This document shows positions 35,484 to 49,118 of a DNA stretch of 64,000 nt, in pieces. A model generated the notes under the pieces. It had not been told where the DNA came from. It saw only the letters and a program-made list of their open reading frames with translations, and searched no databases. Each line of letters starts with the position of its first letter. Within the stretch, counting starts at the first letter, position 1. Source of the stretch: Lepidodermella squamata (taxonomy: Eukaryota; Animalia; Gastrotricha); contig JBLDXI010000021.1 of NCBI GenBank assembly GCA_047495785.1, positions 1,860,001 through 1,924,000 of the forward strand, given 5' to 3'. Made by a program: the position numbers and the translations under genes.

Positions 35484-38400
35484 ATGTCAGCTCTTGTCAC
35501 CCTGAAAACGCTGAATGCCCATGTCCCAGTCACTGCTGTCAATTTTGCCGAAGTTGGAGCTGAGAAGTATCTTTTAGCCGGTATTTTAAGAGTGGAATTT
35601 GTTATTTATTTTTGAACCTCAACTTGTGACAAGGCAGTGGAGGATTTGTTTCGCTATACAACCTGAATAGCAATAGTTACAAGCTGCTTTCGGTGAAGAA
35701 CATTTTGGGATCGAGAAATATCCATGGATTCGAGATGCGCCAATCAGAATCAAGCGATGACGTTCAAATATGTGCATTTGGAGAGCGCTTTGTCGTAACA
35801 TTTTTCATAAAGAGCGATTTGCTTAATGGAGAAAATTTCACTCGTTCGCCGTGGTGCATTGCCGATCGAGTGATGGATGTTAAATGGCTTCGGAATTCAA
35901 ATTCTTTAGCAATTTTACTTGCCCATAATGAATTTCAGATCATTCAGCCAGATACGGGCTGTGTTAGCCAAACCTACAAATGCGATCAAAACAGCGTTCT
36001 TTTTTCTGGCTTGATAGTCGATCCACCAGTCGGCTCGCCATTTGTGCTTGCGGGGGCTTGTCTAGGCTATTTATACATATGGCAGCCTTTTAAAGATACG
36101 AAGGTCCAGATCGAACAGAATCTCTCCAATGCTGGGGGCATGTTTTCAATCGCCGTTAAGGATGATTTTCAGAAATTCGCCATTGCGTGCGAAGATCGTG
36201 GGATTTACACGTTCTTTATCGATATCTCTCAATCGAGAATTGAGGCTTTACAGAAACTTTTTGGCCATTCTAGTCGGATATGGAAAGTTTGCTGGGCGCA
36301 CGAAAATTTGGTTAGCGGCGGAGAAGTAATACTAATTTCCAACCGTTATTTGCCTTCTCACCAGTCAAATTTTGTTTCAGGATAGCCAAGTTTTGATATG
36401 GGACTTGACGAATGGCACAGTCATCAATCGATTCGAATCCGTTACGAACACAAACTTCTTTGCCCTTGCCGTTGATTTTTCGAATTCGACGAGGATAGCC
36501 GCCGGATTGAGTGATGGTAGCGTTAAATTGTACAACTCCAATACGGCGTTATCTGAATCCAGGCCGGGTGACGATCCCGCAATCGCAGTGGGTGATCCAT
36601 CTGAACATGTTGTCTGTTTGCGATATATTGATTCGAACAACGTTATTTACGTGTCAAATACCGGCAAAATAGCTATCATCGAGTTAGCTACCAACCAAAT
36701 AACCCATCTTGAGACTAACAAGCATTACAGCATGGCTGTTGTTTTAGCCGTAAAGCATGTGACAGTTGAAGAAACGTTGGTCAGTATCGCTCATGGCGTT
36801 CCGTCTGAAATCACAATTTTTCGTATTACTCGAGAGAACTCGCAGTGGTCTATGGTGAAGCAATGCGAATTCCGCTGCCCGGGGAATATGCCTCGCGCTT
36901 ATTTGCTGGGCTGGTTCTCTCATCAAAGCGTCGGTGACTATTCGAAGTTGCTTTATGCGTCTAATTTTGACGTGGCTGAGAACAGCGTTTTCGATGAGAA
37001 CGGATCGAAAATCATGGATTTTAACCTCGCTAAAATGAAAGTGCCTGATTCTTCGCCGAAAAACCTGAAGCACTACGATAAAACTGCGATAACGTCAGCC
37101 GTTCAGTTGACGAAAGAGCTATTCATTTTCGGTGACAACAATGGATCTGTTGTGGCTGTAAAGCTACGTGATGACAAATCATGTGAGGTTTTGCAAATCG
37201 TTCCTCACGTTCACGGCCGAGATGGCTGTTACTCGTTGGAATATCGATCGAAAACTAATTGGCTGATTTCATGTGGTGGGAATTCGGTGGTTTGTTTCTT
37301 CAAGGTGGACGTGAAAAGCGACAGTCCATTGATTTTGTTGAACACTGTAAAATCAGGGTCGTCCATCGATTACACCATCACGCATTTCTCTTCTAGCGTG
37401 GAAAGAGAGTTTATCTGCGGTTTTGCCCAAAAATCTTTCTTATTCACGTCGATTCAGCCTTCCAGTCTTATTCTGGCTCGGCATTACTGCAGCGGACGGA
37501 AGAGAGAGTGGGATTTATTTATTCACGAGAGCGATGAAATCACAGCTAATTTTGCTTACGTATTGGCTGGAAAGGTGTACCATTTACCGGCTAAAGTTTC
37601 TTTGAAAGCAGAATCCCGAGAAGTTTGCCTGGAAACCGCCCTTCACGGCCTTCGCATTCACGACTGCAAATTTATATGCCACTTGCCAGTTTCAAATTCT
37701 TTCATCTTCATCATGGTCAGCGAAGACGCAACCGCGACAGTTGTTGCAATTGAAGATCGCGAGGGTTCGAATTTCCATGTGTTACATCGTTTAGCCGGCC
37801 ACATTTCTGGCGTGAGATGTGCCCATGTCGCGCGAGCCATCGCAAAAACTGAGCTGAGCGAGATGGAATTCATTTTGCTAACCGGTGGCAGTCGTGGCAT
37901 CGCGATAGCCTGGTCCTTGACGCTCGTCGATGTCGACATTGATAAACTGCAGAAGGCGACTTTTTGCCGAAAAATTGCGCAAGTTTCGCTGACGAACGAA
38001 CCGATCGACTCTCCTGAGCTGCCTAGCTCGAGCCATAATGGCACCAGGCATGAGATGATCAAAGGAACCTGGCGGCAGCGCAAAGTTTTCGGACCTCCGC
38101 TCGCTCCAGACATGCGTTTCATGGACGTAACTTCTACGGCGAGCGATAATGATCAAATCATTCGAGTGATAGCAGCGTGTTCTGACGCGACGGTTCGCAT
38201 TTTCGAGCTTGATTTAGGTGGGGCGAGAAGTGCGCCTTCAATCGAAAGACTTCTCTGCCTCTCAGAGGGTCTTCAATTTTGCCAGTTGCGAGTTGTAGCT
38301 GAACACGGGTTTCTAATAAGTGGCGACACGGGAGGTTATGTGAATGTTTGGCGTTGGCCGGCCGTTGCAGAAGCTGAAGAAGCTGCTAAACCAGTAGCAA

Positions 38401-38902
38401 TTCGCATACATCAATCTGGAATTAATGCTATGGCTGTTACGCTGGGCGAAGATCGGTCAGTGCAGATTTTCACCGGCGGAGACGATACCGCAATAGCTGT
38501 AACAAGATTGGCGCTGAAAGCTGATGGCGAGGCAGATTGCAAAGAAATTTTCCGAGTCAATTCTGCTCATTCTAGTCAAATATCAGGTATTTTTAATCTT
38601 TAGCGCTTAGGTTTTTGTTATACTTGCCTTTCCAAATAGGTTTGAGCTATTTGCCGTCACTCAGCACAATCGTCTCGGTTTCAATTGACCAACGAGCGCG
38701 GTTTTGGAGATTCGAGGCCAATGGAGGGAATGATTCATTCATGTTTGGTTGTGTGACTTGCATTGCTGATTGTTCATCGCTGGCAATAGCTAGCAAAAAA
38801 TCTTGTGCCAATTTTGTTGATGTTGGTGGTGTTCATGAAATTTATTTGTTGATTGCTGGCGAGGGCAGCCAATTTCTAAAAATTGCCCTTAAAAATAGTT
38901 AG
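35484..38902 (+). CDS. WDR6: WD repeat protein 6 (Trm734/WDR6, tRNA 2'-O-methylation cofactor)
   Basis: PVTAV, IHGF, LFGHSSRIW, LHGLRI, MVSEDAT, HISGVR, DMRFM, ACSDATVR, HQSGINAM, TGGDDTAI, AHSSQISG, SVSIDQR. Confidence 0.85.
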
Positions 38903-41900
38903 TTGGAGTGGTTGAAGTAACATCAAAACAATAATAACATCTAAATAAATGTTCGCCGAAGCGCCTGTGCATTATTGTGTTCGTGTTTACTGTAAAAGGT
39001 TCGCGCCATAAATCAAGGGATCTGTGAAAAGTGACGCGTGCGCGCGCATGGCGCCTCGACTGCCACGCAGCCATGAAGTTGTCAAAGTGGCTGGCAAATT
39101 TCAAATTGCCGACGTGGTTTTTTTTCCTATTTTCCCCTTTTTGCCATGGACTTTTATTATCGAGATAGGTGGTGGCAATTGCTCTTATGTATCCGTGAGT
39201 GAAATTTATCGTGATCTCATCAATTTTTCTGTCATTTTAATCTGTAAACTTGTCAAGTCGCGACAATAGGATCATGTTCAGCAATCAGCTGCATTACTTG
39301 GACGTCGACGGATGCGAATTCATTCCAGTTGGACGGGGCTCGTGATTGTAATAACACTAATTCAACTGGCTGTTTGGTAAATCGATGGAAAAAATTCCGC
39401 AATATTTGATAATTCTCTCTCTTCCTAAGACTGTGCGTCAATATTTAAGGACTAATGGCCAATCGTTCTATCTTCGAACTTGCGCCCCTGCTTCAATCGG
39501 AAGTATGATTTTTGAGTTAAACTAACGCTCAGCCTTACGTTTTGTCTCTCCTTGAAGCCTGCTTTGAGGGATGCAATTATATGAGCCCGGAAAGCTTAGG
39601 TCTTCCCAACTATTTATACAGCAGGTATTTTCACCTTTTTAACGAACTTCACACATTTATTTCGAGTATATACTTCAGCGCTTATGTCTGCATGTGTTGC
39701 TCGAATAGCTGCAACCAACGAGTTCAGTCCGGCAGTGGAAAACCACTTTCAACGATTCCGCTATTGTTTTGTGCCATATTAGCTTCGAAAATGACATTTT
39801 AACCTCTAAATTTTGGAAATAAATTCTGGACATTATTTGATGAATGGATCGAGGGTGAAATCCCGTCGAGTTGAATCTATATTTTTTGAAACGCATTAAA
39901 ATGAATACGATTACGTTTTTTTGTCTAGCGGATAATGTATGCGAGGTTTTTAATAATGTTTCAACGCGGCTGATGGATATTTCAGAATTACGATTAGACG
40001 CTACGCATCATTAATAGGTATTTACCTAACTGCCGAAGGTTATTTTCATGTTGCGTTTAATTCTAAATTCTACTTCTCTCGTCTGAATGATACATATATC
40101 GAGCACCATGATTTCCTTCACCACATGTTTCTACGAGTTTCTAATGGCTTGTTTTCTTTGCATTTATTCGTTTAGGCAAAAAACGTTTGCATATATATCT
40201 ATCTGACCGCGTTTCAAGCCTATATGTACGTTCTATCGATGTAGGGCGTGCATGTGGCCGCGCTGAGGGATCGGAGTTCGGTTATAAATAAACACTTGGG
40301 ATCGTGTAGCCAACTTGGTCAGAGTTATGGTTCCGATGGATTTAGCCATTCCTAACTATATGTATTTCGGCAAGGATTCGCGCTTAGCCCCGTTGCAACT
40401 TGCATACGACGTAGTAGGATAAAAAACGACCAAGTCTGTTCAGACGCTGAAATTATTGCACCAGCAAACTGTTTCTGGGTAGAGAAAAAGGCGTAGCAGC
40501 TAATAACACCCAGGGGTGCTGTTATTTCGCAGTAATTACTCCTACGTTTCTAAGAATAACTGTTGCTTATTCCCAAGGCTTTTCTCCATCGTGTGAGTTG
40601 TCTAATACCGAGTCTATCACGATTTATTCGTGTCATTATTATTTCTGAACGGCTTGAATTGAATCTCAAAATGCATTTTGTTGGTATATTTTACCGATAA
40701 CGATAGTTTTATTGGCCATCTGTATTCTCATGAGATGAGCTGGTTTTTTTAACGATACGCACTTACTTGACCTATTTGCAGTATCATAGTGTATATAATT
40801 CAGCGAGATCATTGCCATCCACTCCGGCTTTTTTTCGCACTGAGAACGTGTGATTTTCGAATCAACGATTTTTGTTTATTTGCAACATCTGATTCGTGGC
40901 GATCAACTTATTTGAATCACCGTATTTTTCGGCTAACGAGTCGGAATAATAGCTGTGGGCTATACTTTTTACGCTGGACAAAATCGGCTATAGTTTTAGG
41001 CCATTAATGCTGCACCCCCATCGCGTAATTTGCTCCATTAAATTTTTTCTTGCCGTGTTCACGTGGCAGCGATATATCGCTTATAATTGCGTCACGGCCA
41101 TTACGTTTATTACGACAACGTGATTTATTAAAAATTTAAGGAGCATTCTTTACAAACGTGGATTATAAGAAAACGAGAGTTTGTATAAATACTAGGTTTC
41201 TCGCGCTATGTTGTAGTGATAATGATAGATGATGCCCACTTCACTCAAGCGAGAGCTGTGAATTGCCAGCTACGCTGCGCTGTCTCGCTTATACTCATCT
41301 GTTTTTCATGGTAAACACCGATGCATAATACTGAATATTTCCCGTATTTCTTACTTGTTTTTGCTTGCAAAGTCTTCGCTCGTTAGCTTTAGTTTGAAAT
41401 AAATCGTTGATATACTGCCGAGGATACTACTTGGGAGTCTTGTTTGCTTGCAACTATATGGATACTTCCGAAATGCTGGACCGAAAATACCGGAATCCAT
41501 CTTCTGTTTTCCGCTCCCCACATATTTACGCCGCACTTTCGCGCGATGATGTTATAACTCATTACTATTATTTTTTTACCACAGCTGGCGCCCTGCACTC
41601 GCATCGACCTGTACGATACCAAAGCCCGGACATCTCTGATCGGAGCAGCATTTCGCGATTAATATCCCAGGTTGAAGTGCACGCTTCAACGCTGCCTTGA
41701 TCGATGTTCGAAACGCAAGCATGTTGCGTAGAAAACAGAGATCATTATATCGTATTGCGGTAAAGAACGTGAAACACCGAGCGTTAATAATCAAGCTGCG
41801 AAAGTATAGCTTCCGGTAAAAAAGTGGCCATTTTGTATTTTATTACTTGCAATACATCAACCTGCCAACTTCTCATTACGCGCGCTGAGCTCGTGCTCCT

Positions 41901-43630
41901 CGCATGTCATGCGCAGCTCCGCTCTTCACGGCTGCGCTGTTTTGTATATTATAGCATGATACTGAGGCTATAAAATCTACGTATGTAGTTTTTGATAGTT
42001 TTATTGCATGAAGTGAAACACGAAAAATGAAAAAAGTAGTGTTTTTTGTTCAATTTTTCGCAAAATAGAACACTTAACCTACATCTAGCTCACACTCACT
42101 CGCTTTTACGCACCGTCTTGCGTGGCTATTTTTTCTTACAGAAGGCAATATCAATGCCTTTTGCGTGAATCGTGATACTTTTTTTTATGAAGTGTAGACA
42201 TCATGTTCGTATAACAAAATTGTCGGATTATGCTTCGGTTTGCTGATTCAATTTCCATTGAACCTTTTTGCGCCGCTGATCCATTGAATCCATCTTTGAA
42301 TTAAAGTCGCCCGCACCGATCGTCACCTCGTGAAATTAATGATATCGGGTAATTTTTATTGCCGCCGGAGAATGATGGCTCGAGTGCATCGAAATGCACT
42401 CTTGTTTACCTAGTGCCCAAGTTATGGCCCGTCGCTAGTGTCGTTATCTTAGTGTCCTCTTCAATACCCACCGTTTGAAGCTGTCAAACTCTTTTTTTTT
42501 ATGTCCCGCGGTGTTTTGTTTCTATCGTTGCCGTTTTCACAGACTTTTCATAATTGCCAGTTTATGTTTAATCGAAAGCCATCACCACTCTATAGGCACG
42601 CAGCTAATCGCGCGATTCCTGCCTCGCAACTAATTTCCTACTGACGATTTTAATGGGATTCGCGTTTACAAATCAATACGAGTGGTCACTGAAGTATTTG
42701 TTTTGCAAAATACCAACATGGTAGCCAGTGCGAAGAATTTTTCGATTGCCAACTGCTTTTTTCACACAGTGCCTCGTTAAAATAGAACTTTTTTGTATTG
42801 AAATATACAGCTATATAGAAAAACTTGCCATACCGCCTCCATTATCGCCTAATCTAATCTAGATCTCTCTCAGTTTATAATCTGGTGCATATATTGGTAA
42901 AATTTGTTGACTTCTTTACGGCCCGATAATTTAGCTGGCGATGTACTAGTTTTTGTAACATTTTTTTTGCAAAATCGGTATGGCGGTAGTACTGAATAAA
43001 CGAGACACTTGATTATTAGGACTGCGTCTTTCTAACACTTACGTAAAGTCAATGTGTTTCCATTTTTTTCATTCACTTTGAAGATCAATGTCTCGTTCAG
43101 TTATTTCTTGTAGCAAAAAAAACACGCCGTTTGTAATGACATGATGGCGAAATCGACATTCCCTATACCCCGGAAGGACTATTACTACTAAGTAAGAGAG
43201 GGTACCTCTGTTTTGTCTATTTCTGACGCACACAGTGTATTTACTACGCTGTTTTTTGCTATTCTCTAGTTGGCACTGATGCATACAGCAGATATAAGAT
43301 CGCAGGCTGTAGTAATGCGCAGTGACTCTGCACAAAGTGTTTGCCTGCCAGCGTCGCTCATTTTGTGCCTCTCTCTGCTACCGCACATGTATTCACTTAT
43401 TATCGGAAATTGTTGTTCACTGTAATTCGTATTTTCGATTACATCCGCTGCCTGGTCAATCGAATTTATTATATACACAACTCGCAGCGCGTCTTTTTTA
43501 TCCTAGAGGTATTAAACAGTTGAATTCTCTCGACGGCGAAAGATAATTTTTTATGGTGAACAGAGTATGGGCCGAACGTCTCCAATCGGAAGGCGTTTGA
43601 TTGCTGGCTTTGAAGAGTAGCGCGCCACCT

Positions 43631-46600
43631 ATGACCGATCCGTTGACGACAACGGTCGTGCTGGCTTTCAGCAGCAGCAGCAACACCAACAACTCATTCG
43701 GCAATGCTACGGCGGGCGATTCCGAGCAGGCCACGCTCGTCGCCAACGTACTCAAAGGCATTGCCATGGGACTGCTCATACTCATGGCCTTGTTCGGCAA
43801 CGCTCTAGTCGTATCTAGCGTTATTCGCATCCGTCGCCTCAGAACAATCACAAATTACTTCGTAAGTAGTTTCGAAAATTGAAGTGTTTTGAAATCGAGT
43901 TTTCTTATCTCGTTATAGGTTATCTCTCTCGCGGTTGCCGATTTCTTAGTCGCCGCCTTAGTTATGCCTTTCAATGCTATTCAGGAAATATCCAACAGGT
44001 TTGTATTCAACTTCTATGATATTTACGGATGTTACGAAATATCCTTTGGCACCCTAGATATGCAAAATTTGATCTTTTCGAATATTAACTGATGCACCTA
44101 AGCATTTATGCTGAAAATTGCGTAGAATTTAGTCGGTGCTCGAGAGCATAATGAAAGTCGATTATAAAACTCCGGGAAAGCTCATCAATTATTCGAATTT
44201 TTTATTCCGCTAAAATTAAGGCTAATTGATTTTAAATCAGTTGAATGCTATGTCAATTGAAATTTGTTGCCAAAAGTGATATTCCTAGCTCGGGACGGAG
44301 TGAAATTTAAGGCTGTCGATTGATTTTAATTTATTTTTTCAATTCATTCAGGTGGATTTTTCCCGAATGGGTGTGCTATTTTTTCAATTCCAACGATGTT
44401 TTATTCTGTACGGCTTCCGTACTGAACCTATGCATGGTCGCCATTGACCGATATGTTGCCATAGTTAAACCACTTCGATATCATCAGGTAGCTTCAATTT
44501 TTTGTTACATGGAAGAAAACATTTAACCGTCTCGCCATTTTAAGGTAATGACAAAGCGGGTAGCTGCTCTTATGATCGCCTCGGCTTGGCTCGCCAGTCT
44601 AGCGATATCTTACGTGCCAATCCACCTGAACTGGCACCAGGAGGAGAACGCTGTCAGCCAGCCTGAATACTGTGATTTTAAACCGAGTGCCATCTATAGC
44701 CTCACTTCGTCTGCTATATCGTTCTGGCTTCCAACCCTTGTCATTTTGTTCGTCTACGGCCGCATCTACCACATTGCTGTGAAACAAGCGAAAGAGATGC
44801 GCAAACTCGACCAGCACATGGCTACGGTGTATTCGAACACTCAAAACTCGTTGCACGTGCCTTATGAACACTCGATGAGTGTGCCGTCGAAGAAGTCATC
44901 GATATGCTCGAACGCTCATCAAGCACTAACGCCGATGGCGACGATGCCGGTCAATCATAGTGCTGCTGCTGCTGCTACTAGTACTAGTACGACTACGACT
45001 AATACTACTACTACAACCAATCAAACTAACGCGGCAAACGGTGATACCTTGCAGCGCTTCGACAGCGCCGGACGACGCCTTGCTGCGCAAAGTGAATCTC
45101 CGTCTCAGTTACCTCGGTCCCGGTCGATGGTAAATCCTCACCCGGTACCAAATTCGTCAGGCTCTTTCGGGAGCAATCACGCACTGTCTAATCAAAATCG
45201 CACCAAAGTATGTCGACACGAAGTTTAATAGCAGTGAAAATTTGGGTTTGGCGAATTTTTGGCGATTTGGGATTTCGATTCCGCTTTCAATGAGTTTGAC
45301 AGCATCAAATTGAGACCTCAAAATTTACCCCAAAAGAAAAATGCGCGCTTAAAAATCTAGAATTTTTCTGAATGTAATCGGTCTCAATCTAAGTTTTAAT
45401 TTCATCCTCAAGCACTAGGACTCGGGGTATTTTGTAATGAATAATCTTAGATATTCAAAGTGTCTTACATTTGGCGGAACCAAATTTTGGAATTTTCAAT
45501 GGGCCTAAAACCATTTTTCGAAACTTTCAAGGATGTCGTGATCGATCGATCGGCGTAATTATTGAAAAATCATCTTTAAATTCAGCGTAAAATTCTGCAT
45601 AAGACACCTTCTTCACTATAGAATTCATACTTTGCCTTAATTTCGTAGAAATATTCGAAAAACGACCCTTGGCTTATCTAAAATCGCAATATGCAGATTT
45701 GGTTCCGCTGCAGTCAAAAGTGGTTCCGAAACAGGCAAATTTGGTTCCGCCAAAAGATATTCTGATATTCAAACATTTTGATAAATTTGTGCTAGCCTCT
45801 CCGCAGTAACTTGAAGTCGTTTCGGCGACACTGTGGGTTTTTCGTATTTTAAGGTGGCTGAGAATATCTCAGAGACTTCAAATTTACAATAGCAAAATGT
45901 TCGAAAGTTGGCTAACATGACGAAAGTTGGGAATATCCTCGAAATATTGAAAAATTCGAAAATTAATTTTCGATGAATCCATCATTTTACAACCGACTTA
46001 GCCCCTTGGGATGGATGTTTATTAGCGATTAGACTACTATTGGACAAATACGGGGATTGGTTTCAAGTCAGCAGCCAGCACACTTTTCGCGATTTCCTGG
46101 AAAATTAAAAAAATTCGCCAAACCAGACTTTTCAGTTGTTAACGGTCGCATGAAATATGTTTGTTGTTATCTATTTATTTAATATTTACTTATTTATTTA
46201 TTGTGATTGTTTTGAAGGCGAATCGGTCATCTGAGTCAAGAGCCACGAAAGTTCTTGCCATAGTCATCGGTTGCTACCTGCTATGTTGGATGCCGTTTTT
46301 TGTGTGGCTGAATGTAATGGCTATTTGCAAATCCTGTCCTGATATTAGCATCCTCGGAACAATACTATTCTGGATTGGCTACTCCAATTCAACTTTTAAC
46401 CCGGTATGATTTTTGCCCACCTTTCGAATTTCCTTTTATTACATTTGATTTCATAGGTTATCTATGCGTTTTTCAGCCGTGAATTTCGCAATGCTTTCAT
46501 TGCTTCACTCCGCATTGACAAATGGAGTGTCATGAGGTACGCATAACTGGCTATGAAAGTCCATCTTAGAAGTTAGCATTATTACGAAGGTCTCTTTGCT

Positions 46601-47244
46601 TCAAACTTGCCAAAAATGAGCAACATCACCAAGCGCCGTCGGTTCCACTACCAACAACCCGGTCGACGCCGAAATTCTCTCGCTACAACAGCCACGATCG
46701 GTTGGGTTCGGTGTCGTCACCGCTTCAACAGCAGCTGCACAAGCGGCAGTTACAACTGGCCCAGCACAAGCGGGTGAACGGCGATCTCGACTCGCCGATG
46801 GAAGCCCCTGAATCAACTGCTCCCAGCTCGCCAATGGTCAGCAACAGCAACGATGACGTGCTATCTCAGCTGGACGTGACTGCCAAGGTCGAATCGATTA
46901 AAGAAAGTGACAACGAGAAGCCGCCAGCGCTATCGGCGAAGGGTGCGCAGACGCGGCTGAGTTGGGTGTCGAAAACAGCGATTCACCGCGTTCAAAGCTC
47001 TCCAGTTACGTCGCTCACTGCAGCTGCTCCGATGAGGAAGTCATCGACGCCTACCGAGACTCTGGTCAATACGCGTAGTTTGCACAAAATCAGCGAAGAT
47101 CTCGAAAAAAACGGCCATGCTCATAGTAGCGGAGCTTACTCTCCAGATCGAGTTCCGTTGGCCTTTGCCGAAGACGAAGACGAAGGCGTGGATGATGATG
47201 ATGATGAGGAAAAGGAGCAGTTGTTGCAAGGCAAAGCTTCCTAG
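43631..47244 (+). CDS. Biogenic amine GPCR, beta-adrenergic-like octopamine receptor
   Basis: GNALVV..RRLRTITNYFVISLAVADFLVA..VMPFNA; TM3 NSNDVLFCTASVLNLC..DRY; TM5 SSAISFWLP; CWMPFF; WIGYSNSTFNPVIYAFFSREFR; long C-terminal tail. Confidence 0.88.
45225..46142. mobile_element. Old TTAA-flanked inverted-repeat element in a GPCR intron
   Basis: TTAATAGCAGTGAAAATTTGGGTTTGGCGAATTTTT at the left end pairs imperfectly with AAAAATTCGCCAAACCAGACTTTTCAGTTGTTAA at the right end. Confidence 0.55.
45474..45762. mobile_element. Degenerate copy of the GGAACCAAATTT foldback MITE, nested in the element above
   Basis: GCGGAACCAAATTT at left, three (T)TGGTTCCG units and the AAAAGATATTC end at right; interior aligns by eye with 52270-52470. 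Confidence 0.7.
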
Positions 47245-47893
47245 CGGAATACACAAATACCCCCCGGGGCCCAGTGCAAGAAGCCAGGATAACTGGACCA
47301 AAAGGACTTTGCGCCGTAAATTCAGTCAATCGCGAATTTCAAAAGGGCACCACTGATGATGCTGGTGTTATGTTTTATTGCTTTTTTTACACTTGGCACA
47401 TGGCATTGTTGTTACAATTCGGCATACGATGACGATCCGAATTATAATATGTCTTAACTTCATTACTTTATTAGTAGATGAATGAATGCGTTTACTTGTT
47501 TGCAACATTTACGTCTCTCTGACTCGATTAAAAAAATTATAATTTTTTGTTTTTTTTATCCATCCGCACTATATATGTTTTTGAAAAAAGTTGCCAGATG
47601 AACGCATTGCAAGTTGTTGCAAAAATATGAACTGCGAAAATGAGACAGGTATTAAAACATGATGGTATTCCACCACCCGGCCTTTTATTGTGTCCTAAAA
47701 GAAAATAGGCTTCCTGAATATAAATTGGATACACCATCAGTAGCCTAGTCGGGTCGTCACGCTACGTGGAATTTACGCATTCAGCTGTAACATGCATTTT
47801 CTCCGTTGATTCTTCCACTGATGCTGTTGAAGTGATAAAAAATTGCTCCAGAGACTCGGTATCAATAACACACGAGGTTACACAATAGGTTCA

Positions 47894-48016
47894 CGACATT
47901 TGCGCCAACTGAACAGCGCTAAACGACATTTGCGCGACGACATTTGCGCAAACGATAACGGCGCTAATAACTGCGCCAAATGAAAAACCGACGTTTGCGC
48001 CAACGACAATTGCGCG
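47894..48016 (+). repeat. Short degenerate tandem array of CGACA(T/A)TTGCGC units
   Basis: About five recognisable copies plus degenerate ones; resembles sub-terminal repeats of non-autonomous DNA elements. Confidence 0.65.
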
Positions 48017-48227
48017 TTCTGGTGGTCAGATAGACAGCGATTCATCTACACATGAATCTAATGAACAAAGGATAATGAAGTTTCAGTAAGTTGAAGAAGG
48101 CGGAGACTGACGCGTGGCTGTATGTACACGAATTGCCCAATAGCTCTCAATAGCTTGGCTAGTTACTCGTTCAAGTCCAACACGATTAACGTATCGCAAC
48201 TCGTGATTTTCGGCCAGCAGCATTCTC

Positions 48228-48420
48228 AAACCCTATGAGCTTCTTCCCAAATTATTTCCCTACTACCGTTTCCCCATCAACTACGCGTTTTGCCAAGTTT
48301 TGCCAAATGCAAATTTCGGATTCAGTTACATGGATCTAAAAGGCTTTGGACGGCGATTATTTTTTGATTGCGTTGGTATTGTAGTCTCGTATAGTAATGC
48401 TGTGTAAATTGAATGTGTAA
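48228..48420 (+). repeat. Dispersed repeat, copy 1
   Basis: AAACCCTA..AAATTTCGGATTCAGTTACATGGATCTAAAAGGCTTTGGACGGCGATTA.. matches 60833-60990. Confidence 0.75.
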
Positions 48421-49118
48421 TAACACTAACCCTAACCGACGACGCCCGCCAAGCAGCCAACTGGAACCAGCCGTTCAAACAGCCCAGTCCCTCAACTCGG
48501 CCGTAAGCAGTAAGGACAGTCCTTAGCCCGAGCGATTTTGCGAAACCGCACCGCGATGTCTGCATCTGAAAAACGTGGTATTTAAACGTTAGCTGCGGCG
48601 GTGGCTAGCACTGGCTTCTAGTACTGCTTCCAAAGCTGCCCTTGTTGATAAGGAGTTTGGTCGATGCGACTTCCAATGGGGTGTTGATGGGGCGACTGAT
48701 TCGCCCTGCAAATGTTAAACTCTTCGTTCAGGTTTCACTTGCCTTTTGGAAAGCGAAAAACTATCCGTTTCTCCATTGTCCATTGGCCTAGACAAAACAA
48801 ATTACGTACTAGCTTATCGCACCTTCGCCTTTGAAATAAGGACTTATTCTGGTTTGATACTGCCCTTATCTACAGATATATTTGAAATATGATAGGTTCG
48901 TTGGGGAAATTGAGGACAATGATAAAAAACGGCTCTCTTTTCATGCTTTCATACTGAGATTGCCTATATTTAGTATTACCCGGGCCTGTAGCCTGTATTA
49001 TCCACCTTCGCGTCTCAATATAAGTTACCATTCGAATTCCGGTCTCTTACGTCATTCTGATCAGAAATTCTGTGAATCGGTTTCATGTTGGAGTTTTTGT
49101 AATAGGTTTCTTGCAGCC

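Noticed and set aside
40298-40352. tRNA-like A box (TAGCCAACTTGGTC)
   Set aside because: No cloverleaf and no proper B box.
48882-49118. N-terminal extension of the 430-aa kinase ORF
   Set aside because: TTG-started and non-homologous; an acceptor AG precedes the ATG at 49119.
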